A DNA stretch of 61,443 nucleotides, the filler included. It is 4 parts of 4 records of this genome, joined end to end, with 100 filler letters (N's around TTAATTAATTAA, not from the genome) between each part and the next. Parts side by side here need not be neighbours in the genome. Positions count along the whole stretch, not along the records: positions 24,278 to 41,208 come from SRR20825010_3123; 3 more parts are not named here. One strand, given 5' to 3'. The notes beneath the pieces were generated by a model. That model saw only the letters and a program-made list of their open reading frames with translations. It was not told where the DNA came from and made no database searches. The translations under genes were made by a program, and so were the position numbers. Position 1 is the stretch's first letter, and each line of letters starts with the position of its first letter. Shown in pieces: positions 31,279 through 41,308 of this stretch.

Positions 31279-31995
31279 TCAGATGCCCCGCTCCAACAGC
31301 ATGGAACGGATATGGCCGATGGCCCGGGTCGGGTTCAACCCTTTCGGGCAAACGCTGACGCAGTTCATGATGCCGTGGCAGCGGAACAGGCTGAAGGGGT
31401 CGTCCAGTTTGGACAACCGCTCTTCGGTCACTGTGTCACGGCTATCCGCCAAGAAGCGGTAGCTCTGCAACAGGGCTGCCGGACCCAGGAACTTATCCGG
31501 GTTCCACCAGAAGCTCGGACAACTGGTTGAACAGCAGGCACAGAGGATACACTCGTACAAACCATCCAGCTTTTCACGCTCTTCCGGGCTCTGCAGGCGC
31601 TCGATGGCCGGAGCCGGCGAGCTGTTTTGCAGGTACGGCTGCACTTTTTCGTACTGGTTGTAGAACATACCCATGTCTACCACCAGGTCACGAATGACCG
31701 GCAGACCCGGCAGTGGGCGCAGGATCAGCGGCTTCTTGCCTTCCAGTACACCCGGGGCCACCTGGGACAGCGGAGTGATACAGGCCAGGCCGTTCTTGCC
31801 GTTCATGTTCATGCCGTCGGAACCGCAAACACCTTCACGGCAGGAGCGACGGTAGGACATGGATTCGTCCTGCTCTTTCACCAGAGCGAGAATGTCCAGC
31901 ACCATGAGGTCTTTACCCTGGGTATCGACCTCATACTCCTTCATGCTCGGCTCGCGATCCGTTTCCGGATTGTAGCGATAGATACTGACTTTCAT
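31279..31995 (-). CDS. sdhB: Succinate dehydrogenase Fe-S subunit
   Basis: SCREGVCGSD, CILCACCSTSCP and CHGIMNCVSVCP. Confidence 0.98.
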   Translation of the reverse strand: MKVSIYRYNPETDREPSMKEYEVDTQGKDLMVLDILALVKEQDESMSYRRSCREGVCGSDGMNMNGKNGLACITPLSQVAPGVLEGKKPLILRPLPGLPVIRDLVVDMGMFYNQYEKVQPYLQNSSPAPAIERLQSPEEREKLDGLYECILCACCSTSCPSFWWNPDKFLGPAALLQSYRFLADSRDTVTEERLSKLDDPFSLFRCHGIMNCVSVCPKGLNPTRAIGHIRSMLLERGI

Positions 31996-32007
31996 CGTTA
32001 GCTCCCC

Positions 32008-33783
32008 TTAGTAGGTCCGCGCCTTGGGCTGGAAGGTGTCAACGGTCTTCGGCTTGAAGTTCACGTCACGCTTGCCCAGCTTCTTGGCTTTGGGGTCGAA
32101 GATGGAGTGGCACAGCCAGTTCTCATCGTCACGATCCGGGTAATCGTAGCGGGAATGCGCGCCGCGACTCTCGGTACGGCCCTCGGCCGCGATGGCGGTG
32201 GCTTCCGCCACTTCCAGCAGGTTGTCCAGCTCCAGCGCTTCAATACGCGCGGTGTTGAACGGCTTGCTCTTGTCATCCAGGTGCGCCTTGGCAATCCGCT
32301 CACGCAGATCCGCCAGTTTGGCCACACCTTCTGCCATCAGGTCACCCTTGCGGAACACCCCGAAATGGTTCTGCATCACGCTCTGCAGCTCTTTGCGCAG
32401 TGCGGAAACAGACTCACCGCCCTTGGAGTCGTCCCAGCGACGAACGCGGGACAGGGCTTCGTCGATGTCAGAATCACGAGGCTCGTACTGTGTCATACCC
32501 TGACGCAGGGCATCTTCAATGTACAAACCAGCCGCACGACCGAATACCACCAGGTCCAGCAGTGAGTTACCACCCAGACGGTTGGCACCGTGCACGGATA
32601 CACAGGCCACTTCACCCACGGCGAACAGACCGTTCACAAACTGCTCTTCGCCTTCATGGCCGCCGGTCAGTTTGAGTGCCTGACCGTGAACATTGGTGGG
32701 GATACCGCCCATCATGTAGTGACAGGTAGGCACAACCGGGATCGGCTCTTTCACCGGATCGGTCTGCGCGAAGGTAATGGCCAGTTCACAGATACCCGGC
32801 AGGCGGCTGTGCAGCACTTCTTCACCCAGATGATCGAGTTTCAGGTAAACGTGGTCACCATCCGGGCCGTCGCCACGACCATCCAGGATTTCCATCATCA
32901 TGGAACGGGCAACAACGTCGCGGGACGCCAGATCTTTGGCGTTCGGCGCGTAACGCTCCATGAAGCGCTCACCATCCTTATTGATGAGATAGCCACCCTC
33001 GCCCCGGCACCCTTCGGTTACCAGTACACCGGCGCCAGCAATGCCGGTGGGGTGGAACTGCCACATTTCGATATCCTGCACCGGCAGACCCGCACGCAGG
33101 GCCATGCCCACGCCGTCACCGGTGTTGATCAGGGCATTGGTTGTGGAGGCGTAGATGCGGCCAGAACCACCGGTGGCAAAGACGGTTGCCTTGGCCTTGA
33201 AGAACACGGTCTCGCCAGTTTCGATGTCGATGGCGATCACGCCACAAACATTGCCATCGGCGTCTTTCACCAGTTCTGCGGCGTACCATTCATTGTAGAA
33301 CTGGGTACCGTTCTTCAGGTTTTGCTGATACAGCGTATGCAGCAGCGCGTGGCCAGTACGGTCAGCGGCCGCACAAGTACGGGCCGCCTGACCGCCTTCA
33401 CCGAAATTTTTGGACTGACCACCGAACGGACGCTGGTAAATACGGCCTTCTTCGGTACGGGAAAACGGCAGGCCCATGTGGTCCAGCTCGTAAACCGCTT
33501 CGGGTCCAACATTACACATGTATTCAATCGCATCCTGGTCACCGATGTAATCGGAGCCTTTTACGGTGTCGTACATGTGCCAGCGCCAATCATCGTTGGG
33601 ATCGGCAGACGCGATCGCACAGGTAATACCGCCCTGAGCGGATACGGTGTGCGAGCGGGTCGGGAAGACTTTGGAAATCAGCGCAGTCTTGAAACCAGAC
33701 TGGGCCATTTGCAGTGAGGCGCGCATACCGGCACCACCACCACCTACGACGATAGCGTCAAACGTAATAGTGCGAATGGACAT
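32008..33783 (-). CDS. sdhA: Succinate dehydrogenase flavoprotein
   Basis: [28 protein letters not shown] and [11 protein letters not shown]. Confidence 0.98.
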   Translation of the reverse strand: MSIRTITFDAIVVGGGGAGMRASLQMAQSGFKTALISKVFPTRSHTVSAQGGITCAIASADPNDDWRWHMYDTVKGSDYIGDQDAIEYMCNVGPEAVYELDHMGLPFSRTEEGRIYQRPFGGQSKNFGEGGQAARTCAAADRTGHALLHTLYQQNLKNGTQFYNEWYAAELVKDADGNVCGVIAIDIETGETVFFKAKATVFATGGSGRIYASTTNALINTGDGVGMALRAGLPVQDIEMWQFHPTGIAGAGVLVTEGCRGEGGYLINKDGERFMERYAPNAKDLASRDVVARSMMMEILDGRGDGPDGDHVYLKLDHLGEEVLHSRLPGICELAITFAQTDPVKEPIPVVPTCHYMMGGIPTNVHGQALKLTGGHEGEEQFVNGLFAVGEVACVSVHGANRLGGNSLLDLVVFGRAAGLYIEDALRQGMTQYEPRDSDIDEALSRVRRWDDSKGGESVSALRKELQSVMQNHFGVFRKGDLMAEGVAKLADLRERIAKAHLDDKSKPFNTARIEALELDNLLEVAEATAIAAEGRTESRGAHSRYDYPDRDDENWLCHSIFDPKAKKLGKRDVNFKPKTVDTFQPKARTY

Positions 33784-33786
33784 GGA

Positions 33787-34158
33787 TTACGCCCCTCCCC
33801 AGATCAGAACCAGACCCCAAAGCAGGTACACAACCAGCGCCAGAGCAATTGCCAACTGGGCAATCAGGCGCACGCCGGTGGCGGCTTTACCAAAGGTCAG
33901 GCTGGTCAGGTAGTCCGTGGTTACGCCCCACAGGCCTACCCAGGTGTGTGCAGCGACAGAAATTACCAGCAGGGTGTTGGCTATCTGCATGCAGATAGAT
34001 CCCATGAAGGCTTTCCAGCTGCCATAGTCCAGATCACCCGCGGTGATCAGATAACCCAGCATGCCGATCATGTAGACACCGATGATGACAGCGGATACGC
34101 GTTGAATGAGCCAGTCATACAGGCCGTTACGGCCCAGGCTCGTTACACTGGTTACCAT
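33787..34158 (-). CDS. sdhD: Succinate dehydrogenase membrane anchor
   Basis: GRNGLYDWLIQRVSA and HTWVGLW.VTTDY. Confidence 0.95.
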   Translation of the reverse strand: MVTSVTSLGRNGLYDWLIQRVSAVIIGVYMIGMLGYLITAGDLDYGSWKAFMGSICMQIANTLLVISVAAHTWVGLWGVTTDYLTSLTFGKAATGVRLIAQLAIALALVVYLLWGLVLIWGGA

Positions 34159-34529
34159 ATCCAGACTCCTACCAGCAGAATCAATACCGCAGAGATGATG
34201 AAGGCCAGCTTGGCGCCACGACGGCCGCCTTCCAGGCTTTCACCAACACCGGTGTCCATAATCAAGTGACGAATGCCCGCCACCAGGTGGTACAGCAATA
34301 CAGACAAAATGCCCCATACCACCAGTTTCACCAGCAGTGAGGTCATCATCAGTTCTTTCAGGTCCGCAAAGCTCTCGGGAGACGCCAGGGAGCGATCCAG
34401 CATCCACAGCAGAATCGGCAATGCCAAAAAGATGGCAACGCCGGTTACACGGTGGGTGATAGATGCTATAGCCGTGACCGGGAACTTGATCGTGCTCAGA
34501 TCGAGGTTAACGGGTCGCTTATCGTTCAC
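34152..34529 (-). CDS. sdhC: Succinate dehydrogenase cytochrome b556 subunit
   Basis: RPVNLDL, SITHRVTG and YHLVAGIRHL. Confidence 0.96.
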   Translation of the reverse strand: MNDKRPVNLDLSTIKFPVTAIASITHRVTGVAIFLALPILLWMLDRSLASPESFADLKELMMTSLLVKLVVWGILSVLLYHLVAGIRHLIMDTGVGESLEGGRRGAKLAFIISAVLILLVGVWIW

Positions 34530-34580
34530 GGTAGCCTACTTATAGCCAGGCCTCAGTTAAGAGGCGGTTGTCGGGAACTT

Positions 34581-34630
34581 GGCAGAGTTATTGAGATCAA
34601 AACGTGAAGCCTGATCTCAATAACTCTGCC
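34581..34630. repeat. Perfect 19-bp inverted repeat upstream of sdhC
   Basis: GGCAGAGTTATTGAGATCA, 12-nt loop, TGATCTCAATAACTCTGCC. Confidence 0.9.
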
Positions 34631-34886
34631 CGGGCCGGGGTGGGCCCGTGTGAAACCCCCAGCAGGAGGTTTCTGCCGGGCGGCAGTATATCGCCGCCAC
34701 TTGCGCAAAACAAACGCTCCGACCGACAATTATTACCCACTTACCGGCTAACGCCTTGATTTACAATGATGCACCTGATGTGAACGCAGTGAATTTGTGT
34801 TGCACCATGCTGAGGCAAAATCGTCATTCTGCCGTAACAAGCTGTTTACCCTACAAAAGTCTGACTCGCTGGTTCTCGGCTGCGCG

Positions 34887-34915
34887 TTGACAAAGGGGTG
34901 TCAAAACTTTACCTT
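34887..34915 (+). promoter_or_regulatory. Candidate sigma70 promoter of gltA
   Basis: TTGACA-N17-TACCTT; the -35 is also half of the palindrome TTGACA-AAGGGG-TGTCAA. Confidence 0.55.
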
Positions 34916-34983
34916 CCCCCGCGCTTTGGAGGACCTTCCTTACCTTGAGGAACGTTCCCTCGTCCGCCAATGGAGAGATTCCC

Positions 34984-36267
34984 ATGACCGAGAAGAAAGC
35001 CACTCTCAAGGTAGAGGGTCAGGACCTGGACCTGCCGATCTACACCCCGACTCTGGGCCGCGACGTTATCGACGTGTCCAAACTGGTAGCTAACGGCGTC
35101 TTTACTTTCGACCCAGGCTTCACCTCTACCGCTTCCTGTGAATCCAAGATCACCTTTATCGATGGTGAAGTGGGTAAACTTCTGCACCGCGGCTACTCCA
35201 TCGAGGAGCTGGCAGGTCAGTCCGACTATCTGGAAGTGTGTTACACCCTGCTGTACGGCGAACTGCCGACCGCAGAGCAACGTGATCAGTTCATCAGCAC
35301 CGTGAAGAACCACACCATGGTGCACGAACAGATCCGCAACTTCTTCAACGGTTTCCGCCGCGATGCCCACCCGATGGCCATCATGTGTGGTGTCGTTGGC
35401 GCCCTGTCCGCCTTCTACCACGACTCACTGGACATCAATAATCCTGAGCATCGTGAAATCACCGCGTACCGCCTGATCGCCAAGATGCCCACCATCGCGG
35501 CCATGTGCTACAAGTACGCGCTGGGCCAGCCCTTCATGTACCCGCGCAACGACCTGGGTTACGCAGAAAACTTCCTGCACATGATGTTCGGCAACCCCTG
35601 CGAAGAGTCCAAGATCAGCCCGACCCTGGCCAAGGCCATGGATCGCATCTTCATCCTGCATGCGGACCACGAGCAGAACGCCTCCACCTCTACCGTGCGT
35701 CTGGCGGGCTCCTCCGGTGCCAACCCGTTCGCCTGTATTGCTGCTGGCATCTCTGCCCTGTGGGGCCCGGCACACGGTGGTGCCAACGAAGCCGTGCTGA
35801 ACATGCTCGATGAAATCGGTCACATCGATAACATCGACGCTTACATCGCCAAGGCCAAGGACAAGAACGACCCGTTCAAGCTGATGGGCTTTGGCCATCG
35901 CGTCTACAAGAACTACGATCCACGTGCCACCGTAATGCGCGAGTCGTGTCACGACGTTCTGGCCGAACTGGGTGTAAACGATCCGCAGCTGGAACTGGCC
36001 ATGAAGCTGGAAGAAATCGCGCTGAACGACCCCTACTTCAAAGAGAAGAAGTTGTTCCCGAACGTGGATTTCTACTCCGGCATCATCCTGAAAGCCATCG
36101 GGATCCCGACCTCCATGTTCACCGTAATCTTTGCTCTGTCACGCACCGTAGGCTGGATTGCACATTGGAACGAAATGATCTCCAACCCGTACAAGATTGG
36201 CCGTCCGCGCCAGCTGTACACCGGCGAAGCCGAACGTTCATTCGTTCCGGTCAACGAGCGCAAATAA
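34984..36267 (+). CDS. gltA: Citrate synthase (type II)
   Basis: [36 protein letters not shown] and [15 protein letters not shown]. Confidence 0.98.
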   Translation: MTEKKATLKVEGQDLDLPIYTPTLGRDVIDVSKLVANGVFTFDPGFTSTASCESKITFIDGEVGKLLHRGYSIEELAGQSDYLEVCYTLLYGELPTAEQRDQFISTVKNHTMVHEQIRNFFNGFRRDAHPMAIMCGVVGALSAFYHDSLDINNPEHREITAYRLIAKMPTIAAMCYKYALGQPFMYPRNDLGYAENFLHMMFGNPCEESKISPTLAKAMDRIFILHADHEQNASTSTVRLAGSSGANPFACIAAGISALWGPAHGGANEAVLNMLDEIGHIDNIDAYIAKAKDKNDPFKLMGFGHRVYKNYDPRATVMRESCHDVLAELGVNDPQLELAMKLEEIALNDPYFKEKKLFPNVDFYSGIILKAIGIPTSMFTVIFALSRTVGWIAHWNEMISNPYKIGRPRQLYTGEAERSFVPVNERK

Positions 36268-36287
36268 GCACCTCGTTATCGCCTGAC

Positions 36288-36315
36288 AAAAAAGCCGCCT
36301 TCGGGCGGTTTTTTT
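36288..36315 (+). terminator. Intrinsic terminator after gltA
   Basis: AAAAAAGCCGCC-TTCG-GGCGGTTTTTTT. Confidence 0.92.
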
Positions 36316-36532
36316 GTGTCTCCAAAAAACCGCCGCGAATTAAGCGCTGCCAGTCACGAACCCCGAGACCTCTCATGGTTTCGACTTTCGCTGCTTGAAA
36401 CTCGCTGCTCGCTCACCCGGCACTCACCCGGCAACAACGGTTTCACTCTGCTGATTGGGCGTTATTACCACCCTGCATTTGCGTGGTTGCGCCGTGCATG
36501 CAAGCATCATCGTCTCGCTAGCCAACGCAGAC

Positions 36533-37645
36533 ATGACAATGAAAAAAATTCTCGCGCTTCTCATCATCATCGCCATTGCCGCCTACCTGTTATTCTGGCC
36601 GGTCAGCATCGAGCCCGTCGCCTGGCAGGCCCCCACAGCCCCTGCCCTTGAAGGCGCCTACGCCACCAACACGACACTCAGTGACAGCCGCATACTCGGC
36701 AAGGATGAAGGCGTTGGCCCGGAAGATGTGGCCATTGATGACGAAGGCTACCTGTACGTGGGCTATGTAGATGGCCGCATTGTTCGTTTTGATCCCGACG
36801 GCAAGAACCCGGATCTGATCGCCAACACCGAAGGCCGGCCACTGGGCCTGGATTTCGCGCCCTCCGGCAACCTGATCGTTGCCGATGGTTACAAGGGGCT
36901 TTTGAGCATCAACGCGGCCGGCGCCATCACAACCCTGAGCGACAGCGCTAACGGACTGGCCTACGGTTTCACCGATGACGTGGATGTGGACAGCAACGGC
37001 ATCGCCTATTTCTCCGATGCCTCCAGCAAATTTGGCCCGGCCATGCATGCCCGCGACGACATCATGGAGCACGGCGGCCACGGCCGGCTGTTGCGTTACG
37101 ACCCAGGCACCGGCCAAGCCGAAGTCCTGCTGGATGGCCTGCAGTTCGCCAATGGTATCGCCCTGTCGCAGAATGAAGACTTTGTGCTGGTCACCGAAAC
37201 GGGCAACTACCGCATCGTTCGCTACTGGCTCAAAGGCGACAAGGCCGGCAGCCACGATATCTTCATGGATAACCTGCCCGGCATCCCGGATGGTATCTCG
37301 GCCAACGGCGACGGTACTTTTTGGCTCGCCTTGTTCAGCCCCCGCAATGCCATGCTCGACAGCCTTTCCGACAAACCGCTGCTGCGCAAAGTCGCCTTTC
37401 GCATGCCCAGCTTTCTGCAGCCGCAACCGGTGCATCACGGCTTTGTGCTCGGCCTCGACGAGCAAGGACAGGTCACTCACAACCTGCAAGACAACAGCGA
37501 CAGCGCCTTCGCCCCGATCACCAGCGCCGAACAGCATGGCAACACCCTCTACCTGGGCAGCCTTACCGAACCGCGCTTTGCCGCTTACCCCCTGGGCGAT
37601 AACAGCTCCGCCACTGGCAGTAATGACGGAGCCAACGACAAATGA
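36533..37645 (+). CDS. SMP-30/strictosidine synthase-like beta-propeller protein
   Basis: N-terminal TM, GPEDV, GRPLGL, YFSDAS, FANGI and LPGIPDGI. Confidence 0.9.
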   Translation: MTMKKILALLIIIAIAAYLLFWPVSIEPVAWQAPTAPALEGAYATNTTLSDSRILGKDEGVGPEDVAIDDEGYLYVGYVDGRIVRFDPDGKNPDLIANTEGRPLGLDFAPSGNLIVADGYKGLLSINAAGAITTLSDSANGLAYGFTDDVDVDSNGIAYFSDASSKFGPAMHARDDIMEHGGHGRLLRYDPGTGQAEVLLDGLQFANGIALSQNEDFVLVTETGNYRIVRYWLKGDKAGSHDIFMDNLPGIPDGISANGDGTFWLALFSPRNAMLDSLSDKPLLRKVAFRMPSFLQPQPVHHGFVLGLDEQGQVTHNLQDNSDSAFAPITSAEQHGNTLYLGSLTEPRFAAYPLGDNSSATGSNDGANDK

Positions 37646-38526
37646 GCATTCTGAACGCCGCCTTTATCGGACTCGGCACCATGGGCTACCCCATGGCCGG
37701 CCACCTGGCCGAAGCGGGTATTACCATGACGGTGTACAACCGCACCGGTCAGCGGGCACAGCAGTGGATCAGGGACTACCCCGGCAGCCATGCCCCGACA
37801 CCCGCTGAAGCCGCTCAGGGGGCTGATCTGGTTTTTGTCTGTGTCGGTAACGACGATGACCTACGCCAGGTGACGCTCGGCGAAGACGGCGTCCTGCAAG
37901 GCCTTGCCAAGGACGCGATTCTGATCGATCACACCACCGCCAGCGCAGAAATGGCCCGTGAGCTGGATACCGCCTGTCGGAAGCAGGGCAATCATTTTGT
38001 GGATGCCCCGGTCTCCGGCGGGCAACAAGGAGCTGAAAACGGCCAACTGTCAATCATGTGCGGGGGTGAAGAAGCGATCTATCAGCGCGTACTGCCCACC
38101 CTTCAGCATTACGCCAAAGCCACCAACCTGATGGGGCCGGCAGGCAGTGGCCAGCTGACCAAGATGGTTAACCAGATCTGCGTGGCCGGCCTGGTGGAAG
38201 CGTTATCTGAAGGCGTCGCCTTTGCCCTGAACGCCGGCCTGGATGCCAGCAAAGTCTTCGACACCATCAGCCAGGGCGCCGCCGGTTCCTGGCAAATGGT
38301 GAACCGGCACCAAACCATGATCGACGACCAGTATGAGCACGGCTTCGCCGTGGACTGGATGCGCAAGGACCTGGATATCTGCCTGAACGAAGCCGCCCGG
38401 AACGGAACGCCACTGCCCATCACTGAGCAGATAAACGACTTTTACCGGGATATTCAGACCATGGGCGGGGGCCGCTGGGATACATCCTCGCTGTTACGCC
38501 GGCTGCAGAAAAAGCCTGAAGCCTGA
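37642..38526 (+). CDS. NAD(P)-dependent beta-hydroxyacid dehydrogenase family protein
   Basis: FIGLGTMG, DAPVSGGQ and GSGQLTKMVNQ; ATGA overlap with the upstream gene. Confidence 0.92.
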   Translation: MSILNAAFIGLGTMGYPMAGHLAEAGITMTVYNRTGQRAQQWIRDYPGSHAPTPAEAAQGADLVFVCVGNDDDLRQVTLGEDGVLQGLAKDAILIDHTTASAEMARELDTACRKQGNHFVDAPVSGGQQGAENGQLSIMCGGEEAIYQRVLPTLQHYAKATNLMGPAGSGQLTKMVNQICVAGLVEALSEGVAFALNAGLDASKVFDTISQGAAGSWQMVNRHQTMIDDQYEHGFAVDWMRKDLDICLNEAARNGTPLPITEQINDFYRDIQTMGGGRWDTSSLLRRLQKKPEA

Positions 38527-38667
38527 TGCCTCGCCTGACGCAATAAAATTGAAACCCACAACACCACCGATGTGATTGTGGGTTTAGGCGTCAGGCACTC
38601 CGAAAGGCGAAAAAACAGCCCTCATCAGAAGCCGGAGCTTCCCCTTAAACCCACGACAAATCTTCAT

Positions 38668-39705
38668 TCAAGGCAACTTCACTGCCCCTTTTCTGGGCAC
38701 CAGCGCATCCGCGTTCCCGTGTGAAAGCTGCTCTGCCACTTTTTTGGGCAACGCTTCCAACAACGGCTCATACTCGCCAAGCACCCTCTCCATGCTGTCG
38801 AAATGCCCCACCAGGTCGGTTCCCAGGGTAAAGCGGTCCGGGAATTCACGGATAAGAGCCAGCCACTCCTCGCTGGGCACGCCGTCATCAATCAGGTAGT
38901 GGTCCTTCACGCTCCACGACAGATCAATATATAAATTCTCATAACGGCTCAGTAATGCCCGCAGGATAGGCGGCAAGGTCCCCAGTGGCGCCTGTCGCTC
39001 TTCCACACCACCACTGGTGCCTGCATGGGCCAGCAAAAAACGGGTTTCCGGGTGCTCACCAAGCGCCTCTTCCAGCTCTCCCAGATAGATCGGTGTCTCT
39101 TCGCGAAGGGAGGTCAGGTTGCTGTGCAGCAACACGGGAAGATCATAGCGCCCCGCCATGGCATACACCTTCATCAGTGCCGGGTGATTGGCCCGGGGAG
39201 TCTCCCCTTCCGTGAGCGCAGTAAGCTGATCATGGCGGGTGAGAATTTCCCCCACCCCTTGCCACAGGCCCGGGTAGCGCTCAATAAGGTGCTCTACCTG
39301 TTCCGCTGCGTGCATGTCCGTGGGATTGAAACCACTGATAAACGGTTGCAACCGCGCCTGCTGCTGCTTCGGCAACGACAACACCGCCTGGGCAACAATG
39401 TCATCCGTGGCGCTGTAGTAGTACAGCGGCGCCTCATCCCCCAGATAATACCGGGGGCGGCGCGGCGCCTCCGCCTGCCATTTTTTCATCACCGGCAGAC
39501 CAAACACCCAGGCTCGCTCCACACCCGCCTCATCCATGGCCGCGATCATCGCCTGGGCGCCCTCGCTGTCCTGCATGAAGTCCACATAGTGCAGGTGCGC
39601 ATCAGTCCATTGCCGGCTCGTAACATCTCCAGCATTGGCACAGCCAGCCGACAGCGCAACCAACAGCAGCACTCCACTACCCAACACATTAACCCTGTTT
39701 CCCAT
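38668..39705 (-). CDS. Exported amidohydrolase-family protein, possibly a lipoprotein
   Basis: DAHLH, GVGE, PVLLH, AHAG, DLSW and LGTD metal-site motifs; lipobox-like LSAGC. Confidence 0.8.
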   Translation of the reverse strand: MGNRVNVLGSGVLLLVALSAGCANAGDVTSRQWTDAHLHYVDFMQDSEGAQAMIAAMDEAGVERAWVFGLPVMKKWQAEAPRRPRYYLGDEAPLYYYSATDDIVAQAVLSLPKQQQARLQPFISGFNPTDMHAAEQVEHLIERYPGLWQGVGEILTRHDQLTALTEGETPRANHPALMKVYAMAGRYDLPVLLHSNLTSLREETPIYLGELEEALGEHPETRFLLAHAGTSGGVEERQAPLGTLPPILRALLSRYENLYIDLSWSVKDHYLIDDGVPSEEWLALIREFPDRFTLGTDLVGHFDSMERVLGEYEPLLEALPKKVAEQLSHGNADALVPRKGAVKLP

Positions 39706-39819
39706 CCAGCCTCTCCAGCAAATGTTCGCCAACCCGGCGCCCGGGTCATCCAATGACCGCAATACAGTGACTACAGACACCGCAGGTTGTTCATGGATAT
39801 GACATTTTCTTACCCTGAA

Positions 39820-39835
39820 TGTCTAAAAATAGACA
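39820..39835. promoter_or_regulatory. Candidate autoregulatory operator of the TA operon
   Basis: TGTCTA-AAAA-TAGACA palindrome 45 nt upstream of the antitoxin ATG. Confidence 0.5.
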
Positions 39836-39880
39836 ATAACTTAAATATGGATCATTATTGACGCTAACAGGAGGCAAAAC

Positions 39881-40288
39881 ATGGAACCGGCAACAGCCCA
39901 TACCCCACAAGCTCTGGACGATGGCGCCCGCCATGCGGCCTTGCGTGCTGTACTGAAACTGCTGGAGCACTGGCAATGCAGTGAAAAGGAGAAAATGGCA
40001 CTACTCGGTGTAGGCCGCTCCACCCTGCACAAATACCAGAGCCAGCCAGACAGCGCGCGGGTAAACCAGGATCTGCTGGAACGGCTCAGCTATCTGCTGA
40101 ATATCCACCAGGCGCTACGCACTCTGTTCGGCAACAAGGAGAACGTGTACGGCTTTGTGCGCATGGCCAACCATAACGCCTTTTTCAATGGCGCGACCCC
40201 CATGAGCATTATGGGCAACGGCCGGGTCGCCAGCCTCTATGAAGTACACCGCCAGCTCGACAGCCTGCGGGGCGGCCAATGGGGCTGA
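39881..40288 (+). CDS. Xre/MbcA/ParS antitoxin
   Basis: HTH-like N-terminus (LLGVGRSTLHKY), ERLSYLLNIHQAL, F.G.TP and LDSLRGG; overlaps the RES gene. Confidence 0.88.
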   Translation: MEPATAHTPQALDDGARHAALRAVLKLLEHWQCSEKEKMALLGVGRSTLHKYQSQPDSARVNQDLLERLSYLLNIHQALRTLFGNKENVYGFVRMANHNAFFNGATPMSIMGNGRVASLYEVHRQLDSLRGGQWG

Positions 40289-40986
40289 GTGAAGCGGATA
40301 CCAACGCCTTGCCACGCACCGCGCTACATGGGCAAACCGCCTATCGACTGGTCAATGGCAAATATCCCCCCATCGCCATCTTCGATGATGTGGCAGACCA
40401 GGCTGATTTCGATGCGCTGTTTGCCGTGCAGGCTCTCACCAATCCGCGCCTGCAGAACGATGTTGGCGAGTTAAACCGGGTACCGCCCGATCAACGCCCT
40501 TGGGGCATCCCCGGTTGCAACTATGCGCTGGGCCCTTTCGTGCATGTGAACCCGGCCGGCTCGCGCTTCTCTGCAGGCCATTACGGCGTCTTCTATTGTG
40601 CTGACCGCATGGCAACGGCCATTGCCGAAACCCGCTATCACCAGCAACGCTACTTCCAGCAGGTGGATGGCCTCAAATATGACCGCATCGTCATGCGCGG
40701 CCTGAAGGTCAATTTCACCGCGACACTCATCGATATCACTCCTGCCAGCGACCACCCACACTGGCATGCGCCCAATGATTACAGCGCAGCCCACCTGCTG
40801 GGCCAGCAACTAAGGGACCAACAGCACAGCGGCATTCATTACGAATCGGTGCGGGCTGCCGGCAGCCATTGCTACGCCCTGCTGACCCCTCAAATTATCG
40901 CCAGCATTACCCCCAGCGCTCACTACGAATACATCTGGGACGGCGAAAAAATCGCCCACACCCTGACCATTCGCCGATTAAACTGA
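40279..40986 (+). CDS. RES-domain toxin (NAD+ phosphorylase family)
   Basis: YRLV, GSRFS.G.YGVFY, TAIAET and GIHYESVR give the R-E-S signature. Confidence 0.9.
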   Translation: MGLSEADTNALPRTALHGQTAYRLVNGKYPPIAIFDDVADQADFDALFAVQALTNPRLQNDVGELNRVPPDQRPWGIPGCNYALGPFVHVNPAGSRFSAGHYGVFYCADRMATAIAETRYHQQRYFQQVDGLKYDRIVMRGLKVNFTATLIDITPASDHPHWHAPNDYSAAHLLGQQLRDQQHSGIHYESVRAAGSHCYALLTPQIIASITPSAHYEYIWDGEKIAHTLTIRRLN

Positions 40987-41141
40987 CTGCCATCAAGCTC
41001 AAGGCGCAACAGTGCACACACCTTATTGGCAAATGACAAAACTCAAGGAATGCTGGCTATTTCGGAGAAAGGAAACGCACAGAACGGGCCTGTAGCGTGA
41101 TGCATGTTGCCCTAGACGTGTGGCGGCCGCAGAGCGGCCAT

Positions 41142-41174
41142 AAAAAAGCCCCACTCTTTCGAGTGAGGCTTTTC
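41142..41174 (-). terminator. Intrinsic terminator after the tRNA
   Basis: Minus strand AGCCTCACTC-GAAA-GAGTGGGGCT followed by a T-run. Confidence 0.85.
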
Positions 41175-41178
41175 TATT

Positions 41179-41208
41179 TGGCGTCCCCTAGGGGAGTCGA
41201 ACCCCTGT
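41179..41208 (-). tRNA. tRNA-Glu 3' fragment (T arm, acceptor strand, CCA)
   Basis: Reverse complement ACAGGGGTTCGACTCCCCTAGGGGACGCCA matches gammaproteobacterial tRNA-Glu 3' ends; the anticodon falls in the gap. Confidence 0.85.
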
Positions 41209-41308
41209 NNNNNNNNNNNNNNNNNNNNNNNNNNNNNNNNNNNNNNNNNNNNTTAATTAATTAANNNNNNNNNNNNNNNNNNNNNNNNNNNNNNNNNNNN
41301 NNNNNNNN
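41209..41308. other. Artificial contig spacer
   Basis: N-run, TTAATTAATTAA, N-run. Confidence 0.98.

Noticed and set aside
38527-41208. Integrative element bounded by a duplicated tRNA-Glu 3' end
   Set aside because: I found no second copy of TGGCGTCCCCTAGG and no integrase in the segment.
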